Assembly: GCA_000934665.2 (NCBI GenBank)
Contig: KZ538126.1
Span: forward strand, 1 to 64,000
Origin: Catajapyx aquilonaris
Lineage: Eukaryota
Length of the DNA: 64,000 nt
Reading direction: 5' to 3'
A program made the translations under genes and the position numbers. The notes beneath the pieces were generated by a model. It had not been told where the DNA came from. It did no database searches and worked only from the letters and a program-made list of their open reading frames with translations. Of the stretch, positions 1 through 12,700 are shown in pieces (the stretch's first letter is position 1; each line of letters opens with the position of its first letter).

Positions 1-86
1 CTCGTCCGATCCCCGAAGTTAAGCAACGTCGGGCCCGGGTAGTACTTGGATGGGTGACCGCCTAGGAATGCCGGGTGCACTTGGCT
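1..86 (+). rRNA. 5S rRNA gene or pseudogene, 3' ~86 nt (5' end outside window)
   Basis: CTCGTCCGATC..CGAAGTTAAGC..GGGCCCGG.TAGTACTTGGATGGGTGACCGCCT.GGAA..CCGGGTGC..TTGGC matches metazoan 5S rRNA including internal promoter box A (AGTTAAGC) and box C (TGGATGGGTGACC). A few non-canonical bases. Confidence 0.9.
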
Positions 87-90
87 ACTC

Positions 91-98
91 TTTTTTTT
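91..98 (+). terminator. RNA polymerase III oligo-dT terminator of the 5S gene
   Basis: T8 run 4 nt after the 5S 3' end. Confidence 0.75.
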
Positions 99-1340
99 CC
101 TCTTCTCTCCAATGGAGTAAGGTGGCCCTAGTGGTGTGGAGTACCTGCAGAAGAAGCACCATCTCTCGCCACTGAGGGACATACTACATTGCACAAGGAG
201 GCTGTCTTCATGTTATGTTGTGTACTACGTCGAAAGAAATTTTCATAAATGCTTTTTCGAGCTAGAAACTTGAGCATTCTAACAACATGAAAGTAGGCAG
301 GTTTATTATGTTTTAAAAATATATATATATTTTAAAAAATAATAATTAAAATAATATTTTTAAAAAGGCCTTGCGCGGTTGAGGTTTTCTTTCATTGTAT
401 TTCCTTGCCCACCACTCCCTATTGGTTAGGCCAGTTACTTAGCCTACAACCTACATGTTAGAATCACAATAATTATATAACTGCAGATGTGAGTTATAGC
501 AGTTAGATAGTTAGTTATAGCAGATAGACAGTTAGTTACAGCAGCAGTTATTAGAGTGCGCACTCTAAGAAGATGAAATGTACGAAGTACTTTAGTTGAA
601 ATCTCCTTCTATAAAAACTCTTCATTTCTTTATTTCAATTTCTCCGACTACAGCAGTATGACGTGTTATATAGCTTCTTTACACGTTGAGAAAAATTGAT
701 GTGCGTGACTGGATACAATTTCCTTGTTCAAAATACAGTATAAGGTGCATGGTGCATCCTATGGAATTGCGCAAAGTTCTTCCTACCTTGTGCCGATTTC
801 ACCTGTAATAATCAGCAAAATATTAATATGAATAATAAGAAAAATAATAGCTTGTTCGCCCAATAGAGACTTTCTTTACCTATGTAGCGTGTAGACTGTA
901 CTGTAGACTAACATGAAGTTCTGCTGGACAGACGCACTAAGCGCCATAGATCTTCATGCTCATCATTATTTCACTTCAGACGGGTTTTAGTTCGGGTGTT
1001 TCTGCAGATGTAATTGCTTTTTGCCTCCGTTATAATTTTGATATAGTTTATACTTTATATGATTACTGATTCTGATTAGCCTACTGTTAGCGTCACTGAA
1101 TCTAGAGGATTGTAATTCGCAGGATTCTGAGGAATGGCCCCACGCAGCACTGTCTTAAAACACCCGATGGATGGCGACACTAGCTCACTTGCCAGCTCCC
1201 CTAGCCATACAGAGCAGCGCCATTCTCATGATGTTTCTGAAGTTTCAGCTAGCAGGTGCGTTGTACTGTATTTTGCTCCACTATAAAATGTCAGTACGGT
1301 AAGCCGAGTAGATGATTCATTAACACGACATTACATTGAA

Positions 1341-1737
1341 TCTCTACTATTATTAAAGTTCCTAAACGCGACACAAAACTGTATTTCCTAACCCACGCAC
1401 ACTCTTGTGGATCCGTTTGTTTCTACTTGTGCTTTATGATGTGAAGCAAGACCACCAAATAATGGTGGTCATAACAAGTTATAATCTCCAATATAAAAAT
1501 AAATGTTTGCGTCACTCCCTGACCTTGCTTCGCGGAGAATTTTTACCCTTGCTCTATAAACTCCTTGCGTTAAAATTCTTACGCAAGGGCAATTAAAAAT
1601 AGCAGTAACATCCCAGAAAATAATTTCAACAAATTTATTCAAATCTATACTGTAACGTCACTTAGCAGTATTCCGTGCTATACATTATGCTATTTTTTTT
1701 ACATTTCGTGTAGGCAACCTTCGAGTAAAACGTATAG
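1341..1737 (+). mobile_element. Degenerate non-autonomous Helitron-like element
   Basis: A|TCTCTACTATTATTAAAG 5' end. 3' end has a decayed hairpin (CG..AGG-CAA-CCT.CG) then GTAAAACGTATAG|T, with ATAG in place of CTAG. Confidence 0.35.
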
Positions 1738-1738
1738 T

Positions 1739-1740
<2 letters not shown>

Positions 1741-1775
<35 letters not shown>
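1741..1775. repeat. (CAT)11 microsatellite
   Basis: Seen directly. Confidence 0.95.
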
Positions 1776-1908
1776 CAAATGTGTGAATTACAGGATTTCA
1801 GAAACTTGATAACTGCGTAAATGGTGCATGCACATACTGTATATCGATTGTCTGCAGCACATGGCAGATGCTCTTTCTACCCTTGTCTGAAATAAACTCC
1901 CCCCCCCC

Positions 1909-1922
1909 NNNNNNNNNNNNNN
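1909..1922. other. Assembly gap (14 N) after a poly-C tract
   Basis: Run of n. Single n's also sit in G/C homopolymers at 7379, 11983, 22204, 48273 and 52442. Confidence 0.95.
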
Positions 1923-2959
1923 CCGCCCGCTTTTTGTACCTGGAGTCGGCGTATCGGAGTTTGAGAGAAGCATAGCGGGAAAGAATAACTTTTTCCGATC
2001 ATTCTTCATGCATAGTGAGATTAGCTTTTCATGATATATTTCAACCTGATGTACAGTACAAGGTGGTCCAGTAAAACTCACGAGAGAGAAAACTTCAAAA
2101 TCATATTTCCTCTATTAAAATTCATTGACATGATTGCTTGAATAGCTCCGGCGAGATTTCACTTGTTAGTTCAAGACTCAAGAGCAGCCTGTACTGTAAA
2201 ATGGATGTAAAGGCTAAAGTCAATTTGTAAGACTTTGCTGCTCATTTTTAGGTGGAGGTATGAGGGGAAAGGCACTGGTGGTCATCGTGTCTTATCATTA
2301 GCTATTGGCATAAGACGAAGGCACACTATATAGTGGAAATAAGTTCAAACGGGGGGAGTGTACTCAATATTTCATAAGCAATATTTCACTGACACACTTG
2401 CACACTCCAAAGTGACATGGCTCGCGATTAGGTGCAAATTGCACATGTAGACGGAGGAGATAGCTCAGCTTCCATCATCCCCTGTATGCACTCATATTTG
2501 CATCCTTCCGTGTCGTCCGGGTTGCATCAATCGCAAACAAGAGTGTGTATGCCAAATATGCGCTTTTCCTCTCGGCTGTTGACTTCTTGCAAATTCTTAA
2601 TTCAAAATTATTCATGCTGATTTTGGCAATTTCCACTTCATTACGGAGTTAATAGCTTGTTAATCTTCTGGAGCTGATGGTAAGGCTTATCCTGCGAGCA
2701 GGCAACCCCCCAAACATCCCTGCCACACGTGTCGCCTATCCAGCAGGAACAGACCCAACTTTTGAATTCGCGTAAATGGCATATTAATGCTGAAACAGCA
2801 CACATGGACAATCGCATCTACATGAACGACGCGACTCTACGAACACCTACATGGTAGCCTACATTCCCGACAAGGTGTACTACTATCGCATCTGACGTGA
2901 GTCTGCGACAAGATGAGTCAAGCAAACACGTCTCATGCAAGAAAATAATGAATAGTGTA

Positions 2960-3577
2960 GTTGGACCCGCGCCCACTCGGACGGATTAAGTCAAGAGAGC
3001 ATTGCTCCTACCTCCCCATCCACACACTCCCCCACCCCGTCTGCGGGATGTCTGGGATCACATTATTATAAACCGAGGTATGTGTGAGGCCTCTTAAGTA
3101 GGTGAGTCCCCAGGTGGGGGTGCAGCTATGTGTCCTTTTTTTATTTACCTTTTTTATTTTTTTTCTCGACACACCTCTCTTGGACTGGTGGTCGTCTCAC
3201 CTTGCGTAGGTGCGTGCATTCCCACCGCGAGGCGCTGCTGCGGCGCTATTGGCGGGATCTCTCCAGCATGATGAGCCTTATCCCCGCTCGTCTGGCGGGC
3301 AAGCGGGGCAGTTCAACGCCTGGCGGACACGAGGCAGCAGCAGCCACCCCGGTCTCACGCACCAGACAGCACGTGGAGGAGACAGACCAGGAGGAGGAAG
3401 CTCAACAATGGCACTCGAGACTACCTGTCCTATTGTTGTCGTTGCTTTTTGTGGGACCGGACTGAGCTGTTTATACCGCCGGATGGGGTGCTAGGCGGCT
3501 GCCTCTGGAGGAGAAGGCGGGTCTCTTCTCCTCCAAACTATTGTTGGAACATTCGGGTGCAGTGTTGAACTTGGACA
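2960..3577 (+). promoter_or_regulatory. GC/CpG-rich putative promoter and 5' UTR of the ADAMTS gene
   Basis: Local GC/CpG enrichment upstream of the ATG. TATAAA at 3067-3072. Donor-like GTATGT (3078) and GTGAGT (3102) plus a pyrimidine tract ending in TAG at 3209 suggest a 5' UTR intron. Confidence 0.4.
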
Positions 3578-3743
3578 ATGATGGAAGGCGGTGGCAGCTG
3601 CGGGGGGAGTCGCCCATGGCTTCTAGGGGCAGCGGTCATGTGCTTGGTGGCGGCTGGGCTGCTCCTCTGGTTGGGGACCACCCTTCCGCCGATCAAATCC
3701 ACCAGCAGAGCCCCAGCACTCACCTTTCGACCTCTACCAACTG
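3578..3743 (+). CDS. ADAMTS9: ADAMTS exon 1: signal peptide / signal anchor
   Basis: acaATGATGG start; hydrophobic [19 protein letters not shown]; donor G|GTAAGA; phase 1 matches exon 2 (G+AT=Asp). Confidence 0.75.
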
Positions 3744-6700
3744 GTAAGAACAACATGCATGATACCATTGTTGGTCCAGCCCAGACCGCGATTTTAATAA
3801 CCCCAAGAAGGCAATAAAGCTGTCACATCAATAGCCAAGTAGTGACACCGACTATTGCCCGGATAATTACCATCACCTCTTATTAAACGCGTGCACCCCC
3901 TGGAACCATGTCAGATTGGCCTGCCAAGTGGTGTTTTTTTTTTTTTTTGTGAGTGTGTGGTGTGTGGCCCCCGTCGACCTCACTCAGTCCGGCCCAAAAA
4001 ATAAATCCTTGAGGCAGGACTCTGTGTGTGTGCGCGTGTGTGTGTGCTCAATGCATGCTCTTCCCCGACTGGCCTTGCTCCCGTAATTCAAAAGACATGT
4101 GGATCCACGCGCCATGGCAGCCAAAGTTCCACCCCCGCTCTCCCAAGCACCCAAGATGCCTCCACCACCACCACCACCACTACTACTACTACTCCCAAGT
4201 TCTTAAAAATAGTTCGGGGATAACAGATCGATGATCCCACCAGTTAGAGTTGAGGGGGTGGGCTCTCTCTCTCTCAGAGAGGGGTAGGTTCATTGCCAAG
4301 TCCCGAATATGGACGGATCAACCTTGTTGTGTTAAAGGATGGCAAAGGCATGGAGCATAGAGAGTCTAGGACACTTTGCAACAAATCATGCGTTTAAGCG
4401 TGAACTTGACTGTCGCCTAGTTACTCGCAAAAAAAAAAGAGAGGGTGATTTACGGCCGGTTTCCTTCTTTCTGGCGAGGATGATTCAGTCCGAAACGTAC
4501 GGATGAGTGGACTTGAAATTGGACGAATAAGACATTTGAAACAATGGCAGTTTTTCACTGGCATGAAATCGAGGAAAATATTCGATTATGTGTCAGAATT
4601 CATGATACATTGTGACTCTAAAGTCTGGATACAGAGGTAATAATATTATATTATATTGTTGGTTGCCAGAATGCCAATATTGTCAACCAACAATATAATA
4701 TAATTTTCGCAACGGGTGACTGGAAAGTCTGGACACACATGTGTGTCCAGACTTTCCAGTCACCCGTTGCGAAAATTATACGATTGTGCATGGAAGATTG
4801 TTATTTAATTTGTGTTCATACAATTGTGTTGCATACGATTATTACGTACGGTATAGAAAGTACATCAGTACAGTACATTGAGCGTCATGAAAATAATGAT
4901 AGTGGAAATGTGATTCTTATGCAGATTTGTTGTATTTTATGTGGCTGACGTATTATTTGCTGAATGGATGGATGCATTACTTGCGCAAGTACTGCCACCT
5001 TTACTTCATAAAATTTGCTATATAAAACATTTATAGCGGGTTATCTGGCATTTATAAAGAAATAATAGTATCGCTGTAATAATAGCAGAGGTTCAAAAGT
5101 GTATATAGTCTACGTTTAAAAAAAAACTTTATCATTGCTCAATCGACTTTCACCTTAATTGTCCTGCCCATTTACACGATTTGTTTGCGACTATGAACGC
5201 ACTGTTTGCCTTCCCGAAAGCCCAGAAAAACCCCGAATGACGAAGTTAACGCTCACGGAACTACACGTAAGAATTATTATAAACCTCCCCCATGTCAATT
5301 GAGCACTTGCCACTACCCTATACGGCTCTTATCAGCAATCAAGAGATGGAAAAGGTAAAAGAAAGAAAAAACCTCAGGGCAAAATGCACTGGGCCTTGAT
5401 TATTATTACCCCCCATCACCTGCACACACTCTTCCCTTTCCTTTTCCCTGAAACTGATTCCTGGTCTTATTGCTCCAGCTTCCCAAATGTGCATTTTCAA
5501 GGACCGGTCACGTATTTTATATATATAAAAAAATGTGAGTGGACTTGTCTCCCCACGTGTCTCCATGTCAATGGCCCTTCCCCAAAACTTCCTCCTGGAG
5601 ATTCTATTGCCGTTCCTCGGCATAACCCTCCCGGCGCAATCGGCCCTTGTATCTGGAAGCATCCCTTTTATTCACCTGGGAGCACCTGAGCTACCTGAGC
5701 CCAAACTGGTTCTCTGGTATTTATTTAAAACACGTCGGAGTCTCCCGAGATGAAGTGAAGCTTTGGAAACAACCGAAAATTTCCGATTGTCAGTGCGTAT
5801 TTGCGGGGGCGTTTTCAAGGCCTGTTGTTTCGCCAGGTGAGATATATGGACAATTAGAGACTCCGCCCACGCATGTTTTTATTCCCCCCCCCCCTTTTTT
5901 TTGAGGTAGAGGTTAAGTGGGAGGGTGCGAATCCGCCTCGGACAGTGAGACTGGCTTCTCCCAAGGCTAGCCTGTCAGGAAGCTTAGGCCACTAGACAGC
6001 ATGGGACCAAGCTGTATACACACTGTACAGGTCTGCATCGGCGCATCACGTCATGCTAGCCTCCAGCATGCAAAATTTTTCGGATGATTACAGGCCGGCA
6101 AAGAGTAACATGAATTACGCAATGTCGATTTTGGTTTAAGAAAAAAACTGGTCCGGCCGCTTTGTATAGATAGAGGACAACACTTTTTAAGGGCGTATAC
6201 ACGAGATATATCCAAGTTGGACTAAAAATAAATTCTAGAGTACAGTTTACGCGTCTACCAGTCTGCGAAAGTGCCTTAGAATTTCATTACTGGCAGATGT
6301 GACCTTGGGAGTTGAGTTGTGACGTAATTTTTCGGTTGTTTTAGGATTTTCAAGTACAAGTGATAGGAACCTGCTGATATGCTATAGCTCCACACTTTCC
6401 TTTAAAATAAAAAAAAACGTTTGACCTAAGAGGAGGGGAGGCCATCACCAGCATCTTAAAATTAAGTGAACATCAGGTAATACTTGCAATTACAGCAAAC
6501 CACGTCAATTCCAGTAATACCCGTTTCATTACCGGTACGACATTGCACGTTATTACTGTCGTGACCGACTCATTTTCTGCACACACAAAGTAAACCTTCC
6601 TCTCAAGGTGTTATGATTCTAGTCTATACGTCATACGGCAAGAGCACAGCTGATAATTTTTTTTTCAAATTTAAATACCAAAAAAATTCAGCCTGTACTC

Positions 6701-9700
6701 TTAGGTCAAAATTTTAAACATAATTCATGGAGATTCGAAACTCCCCCAACATCCTGCCCTACGACTTGTCCTCAACTCGTCCACCATGTAAGGCTCGGGC
6801 TACTACACCACCGTCACATATTGTCATCCTTGACTCTGGTCAAGCATAAAATATATCCCACGACCCTTTCCCCGCACAGCAATTAATTCCCCTCCTTCCC
6901 ATGTATACCCATCTTCCCAAGTGTAATTCAGCCGAAAGGGGGCGTGACAATCCTCGATTCCTACGACGGAACACGTACCCCCCGTCATGTGCAGCCGCCG
7001 CAGAACATGATTTGGAGTCCGTTGTCCGGCCGAGAGCATTTACCCCCAGCAGCATCCCATTTCCTCCACCCGAAGAAGGCCGAGGCTCTGAAGGACGGCC
7101 ATCACCAAACGGCCTTCCTTCTGAATCATCTCTATCTTTGGGCCATTCCTCCTCCTTAAGAAGAAGAAGAAGAAGAAGAAACTGCTCCCACACCTCAGTT
7201 TGCACAGGTGGTCTTTTTGTCGTGCTGCCGAATAATTTATATCGTCACGAAGGTCCGGCCAGAAAGGACCACTTTTTCATGTTTTGACTGGCCAGCAGGT
7301 TGCGAAAGTCGCATGCTTTGGTGGGGATTAAAGGGTCCAAATCGGATTGGATGCTGAGATGTTGGGAGGGAGGGGGGGNGGGGGGTAATGAATTTTCTCT
7401 TTTTGGCAATTCATGCTTCCTGATAGCAAAACTAATCCGACTTGTGTGACGCAGTGTTTGACCTGGCAAGGAGCAAAGAGACATTTGTTGTTCCGGTAGG
7501 AGTGACATTGAAACTTTCACGCGTAACGATTGTGCAAATATTTTTCCTCCAACCGCAAACAGCAGGTGCAGATCCTTATATGGTGATTCGCACGACCAAT
7601 ATTTTTATAACATATCCTAAGCAAACAGTAGGTTGCATAATTTTATTTATATTTTTGCGCCATTAAAGTGTCTCGTACGACCAATATTTCTATAACACCT
7701 AAGCAAATATTTTTCGCAATTTTTTTGCATGAACATACCTGCTAAATGAGTGTATTAACTGTGAAATGCAATTTGGCACCACACAGCTTGCCGCCAGACG
7801 TTTCTAATCCAATCAAGTTCGGTCCGACGAATTATCTCAATAACACAGTACCACCCGCAGTCGCAATTCCAGTTTTACATTTGCGGCGTCATTATATCAC
7901 GAGATATTTGCATTCCTACCGGTAGCACTGTTCAATAAACTAGTCTCTAATTGCCCTTGAAGTCGTGCAGTGCCGACGTAAAAGATCAGCCGACTGCCTA
8001 CACTATTAAGTTGGCAAAAGTTTATTTTTTTTCCGAATGCAGGAAGTCTACAAATTACTTATAAGTACTGCTGCTTATTGCATGTCACAAAGTCCCAGAA
8101 AAGTAAGGAAATGTGAGCCCTTAAGGCGGTCATTTCAGCGGAAGGTTACTCCACAAAAAGGGCACCTGTCGTGCCTCAACTGGCAGCAGGAAAAGAATGA
8201 AGAAGGCCGTGAACGTGAATGAAGGGGTCAAAGGTACTGGCTGCAGGGTCACTCGCTGCCCAGGTGATGCTATATACCCGTTACTTTCAATGACTTTCGG
8301 AAACCTCTCAGACAATGCTAATTAATAAAAGCGCACGAAAAAAACGGAGATTTCCCAGGGCATATCCAAAATAACACGTCTGGGTTAAAATAACAAGGGT
8401 GCAATTATTGTCATAAAGGCTGACAGCCTGTCGTGGGTATGGTTTTTTTTTCTTCGAATGCCCTTTGCAGCCGAGAGTGCGAAGGCCATCTCCAATTTTT
8501 TTTTCCTCTCGCAACAATATATACCAACGAAGGAAGGAAGGACGCCCGGAAATCTTTAGTGATTGACACGTGTTCAGATCAATCTCCGAGTCGTACACAC
8601 ATAAGCGCAGAGTATGCAATAATTGTTACTAATGCATAAACATGACAGCCGATTTGCAATTTTACAAAAGGTCAGAAAGAGGCGGGTGCAAGGTAAGTAG
8701 GATCACATTTGTACCTGTGATATCATGTACACTCTATGCAATAATATATTGTTAGTGGCAATTTGAATTAAAGCAGTGTGTACAACATTTCTGTCAGCTT
8801 GAAATATTTTTTTGGAAAAAACAGCTGTTCACCTATAATTTGAGTTAAAATACAGGTAATTCAAAGCTGCTAATAAAATTATCAATTAAAAAAACTCAAC
8901 GGGAAGAAAACCACTAAAATTACTTCAGTGTCTAGGTACACAGAGTAATTGGATAATAATTATGAACAAAATTTCTCCGAAAATATTCAATTCCAAATCG
9001 AAGCTATACTGTATATTCAGCTCAGTAGTAACGTACCATATATCGTGGGACGAGTATAACCCATAGCTTGAAAACTATTATTTGCACAACAGTGCACGCG
9101 AGGCACATAAAACTGCTTATCGCTTCACACGTGCAATAGCTAAGGTAGCAAGCATCCTTCAGTTTGGAGCACAGGTGCTTCGAGAATAAGTAATTCCGAC
9201 AGATACCTCGCCTAATAGGAGCGAAACCCACAAGAGCACAAGATAGTGTATATGAGGAGGGGGGTGTTTCTATTCAAGGCTTCTTCTGTCCAAAGTGACG
9301 GTGCATGAAGTGAAACCTGGCATGTAATAATCCGTTCGGCGGATCCAAGCTGTTCGCATCCGACCTTGGTAATTAGCCTATTCACCTGAAGAGTGGGGAG
9401 AAGGAGAAGCCAATTTCGCAACAAAATAATTGCCTTCTAGGAGCCACCCCTCCCAAAAAAAAAGCATCGTTTTTATGGCCATCGCCGAGAATTTGTGCGG
9501 TAAATCACACCAGGTATTTACGATATGTAATTTTTGTAAGGGGAACTGCAATTTACACCGGATCTTGTTTTCAGCTTCCTCCTAATCATAGCTTACAGAA
9601 TTTGTAATGGAAAAATATACATTGTGATATACTGGAGCATTCATTGAACGGCTGGTTTTGAATTGAACCATTACACGTGGACCGGAGAGGGACATTAGGT

Positions 9701-12700
9701 TCAGGGTCAGCCGGTGGCTTTGCTGGTACACATATACCATCAGCATGTAGTCTGTGAGTGTGTATATATATGGTGGGCGATGAAGAAGGTTCGAGTCAGC
9801 AGTTTGGCAAGACTGAAAGGAGCCTGCAATGAAAAGGGGTTGGGGCGGTGCAATATATTATTAGTCTGCAGACTGGGCGCGAGTACTGCACGTATCCCGC
9901 CCATACACTCACACACTGCATATTAGCCTACACACGCTCAGCTTTGAACAACTTATATATAAAAAAAACCGACCGCGTGCGTTGGCCTTTCCAAGACGAC
10001 TTAATACACGCGGCTATTCATACCAGATTTTTTAAAGGGTCCTACCGTATTGGGAAACACCGTGTTCCTTTCAGAATGTGTCATATCAACCTGGAATGCT
10101 TCCAGAGGCGGTGTTTTGACTTGGGTGTCTGTGATGGGTGTGGCATACATCACTCCGGCTCAAGTTCGGTGGGTCAGGTGTATATACACACTCTGATGGG
10201 CTAGCATGCTTGATATGTATACCGAATGGCGAAAAAAAAAGTTCTAGTCAAGAGGGTGATAAACTCAAAAAGGTCACGTTCAATGGGAAGGTCATGGTCT
10301 GCAGCAGCTGCTGTACTGGAGTGGCCACAAAAGGGTGTTCTTGAAGCATGTACTTGCAGCAGGAGTCGTTAAATCTCAATCGTAATTAGAAAGTTATTTG
10401 CTAGCCCGAAAAGTAGCCAGGGAGAAATTTGCAGCTCTAGCCATCAGACACGAGTCTGCCTTCGAAAAAAGAAGGATGGTGTGTATAAATATCATAACGA
10501 TAGTCGTAAAGCCAGGCGTTGACCGGAACAACACTTGAGCAGGAAAGACATGACTGCTGCCTTTTGAGCGCGTACTGAAAAGTCCAGGAATACATCGGGG
10601 GCCTGGTATGGTGGCCATGTGTACAGAGGCATGCATGCAAGTGAGATATGATGTACCCTTGCTGCAGCCAAAAATTCCCCAAGGGAAACCTTGATCCACT
10701 TATGGAATCAAATGATGGATGTTTCATGAGACGAATTACCTAACTTTTACGTCCCCCGGCTGGACGACACGCATGCTAATAATAGAAGCAATAGATGAGC
10801 CAGATTTTGCTGCGAAACTACGCTATAAATGGAGTAACATCTGCCATAAAAATTACTTCTTAATGGTACTAAATAAAAATTAAGTACTTGCCATGCAAGG
10901 CTGCTGGCTCTCATTTGTTGGTGCCAACTGTTACTTGCGGAGACGTTCATAATTCCTGAAAAGCATTAGGGAGACAAACAGTTAGAATTTATTAAAACTA
11001 AATATGTAAAATAACTATTTAAACTAATTTAGTACAAAATTATTCAGTGAAAGTTGAATGCGGCCTTATATTTTTTAATAGACGGCTTCACCTAACGGAA
11101 CCACCAAGAACACGCCCTGTATTAATAACTATATGGCATGGTAATATATGGTTTATACGTCGAGCGTCGTGCATGAGCATGATAACAGATGTAGCGCATT
11201 TCTGCGGTCTTACTCTACATGTCTGGTCCTCGTGGGCGAAGAAATATTTAATACTGACAGATGTGGGTCTAAATCTTTTCCCGCCTTGTTTTTATTTAAG
11301 TGGCAAAAAATCCTTCCAGCATCACGATTTATTGCGATGTCGATATCGAAGACTCCAGCAGTTTCTTCTTTTTTTTCTGCCGGAACTTCTGGCACGTTTT
11401 GTACCGCAAAACAGGAATTTACTCCACCGATCTGTATGTTTAATCCTGCCAGCCGGGAAAGGATAATAAACACACGGGGAGACCGCAGGCATGAAGTCTG
11501 ATTAAGTCACCCAATTTTGGCATGTGACGTCACAGTTTCACCTCCGGATTTTAATGGAAAGCTCTTGACACTAGACATGGGCAAAAAGTCTGCTTATTTC
11601 AGGCGGAAAGTGGAGGTCGAAGCCCTGGCTAATTTGGTCTCACCATCAGGTCTAAAGGAAAGGGAACCAGCTTTCTTGTAATGAGGCCGGAAAATGAGAC
11701 AACCGGTGGAGGGGTTTTTTTTTTTTAAAGAAGGCAGGTCCTTGGCTGTAGTGCCCGTGAACCCCAAGAATAAGAGACGACTGGTAATGGCCATCTCTCC
11801 ATCTGCAACCCTCCCCAAATTTGCCAAGGGTTTTTTGGCAACATCTCAAACTCATGGCCCACTTCTCGACATAGCCTGGTCAATTCTTCGTAATCACTTC
11901 TTGGGGGGTACCACCAACTCACATGTCGATTGATACGCCAATCAACTCGAGGGACACCCCACGACGTGATCTTGAGGCTCGTNCCCCCCCTCCCCAACAA
12001 AAGCAAAACGATGACAGGGAGAAACGTGTCGAGTTGCACTCATTCTCTCTAGCTCCATCCGATACCGATTAAGACTTCCTTCCGGACACGGGGGAGACTG
12101 CAAGATCAGCATTTTGTTTTGTCTGAGAGTAAGAAATGGGATGCTACTCACGTGCATCATTCAGCATAGTTGGTAAAATTACAATGGTTGGAAAGAAATG
12201 AAGGTTCGTTAGTACCGTGTAATGAAATTCACAACTTTTACCAATGGTAACGGTCTGAAAGGTCTCAAATATTGAAAGCATGGCGTACTAATTACGTAAT
12301 TATTTTAATGAATTCATTATCAGTCGGACCGAGCATGTTTGCGTCGCTGGTAGTTAACGCGCTTCTTCCACACCCGAAGGATAACTGGAAGTTTGAAAAA
12401 TGCTAATTGTATCGCTCCGAAGACAAGTGGACATTTTTCTTGCGGGTTCCACCAAAGACTGGGCTTGGCCGTCCTGGTAAAGCATTTATCAAACTCGCAG
12501 CGGAATATGGAAAACGTCCAAGTAAAAAAAAACAACAGGACACGTCGTTTTACAGCAGGTTAGTTTCTGGGCATATGGCTCCCTATCCTAAATTCATTAC
12601 TGGGCTATCTAACTCTCCCATCCCGCAGGACCATGTAACTAACGAGCTATGATTAATGAGATTGATGACTGACGTTAAAAGGAAATTCAAAGGGGTCAGA

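Noticed and set aside
5903..5944. tRNA B-box-like GGTGCGAATCC
   Set aside because: Too short; no A-box spacing or cloverleaf.
6840..7287. 121-aa and 128-aa opposite-strand ORFs with poly-Leu / poly-Arg
   Set aside because: Homopolymers come from an (AGA)n microsatellite; no recognisable domain.
7364..7386. G-rich tracts as possible G-quadruplexes
   Set aside because: Tracts contain N calls, so their length and sequence are unreliable.
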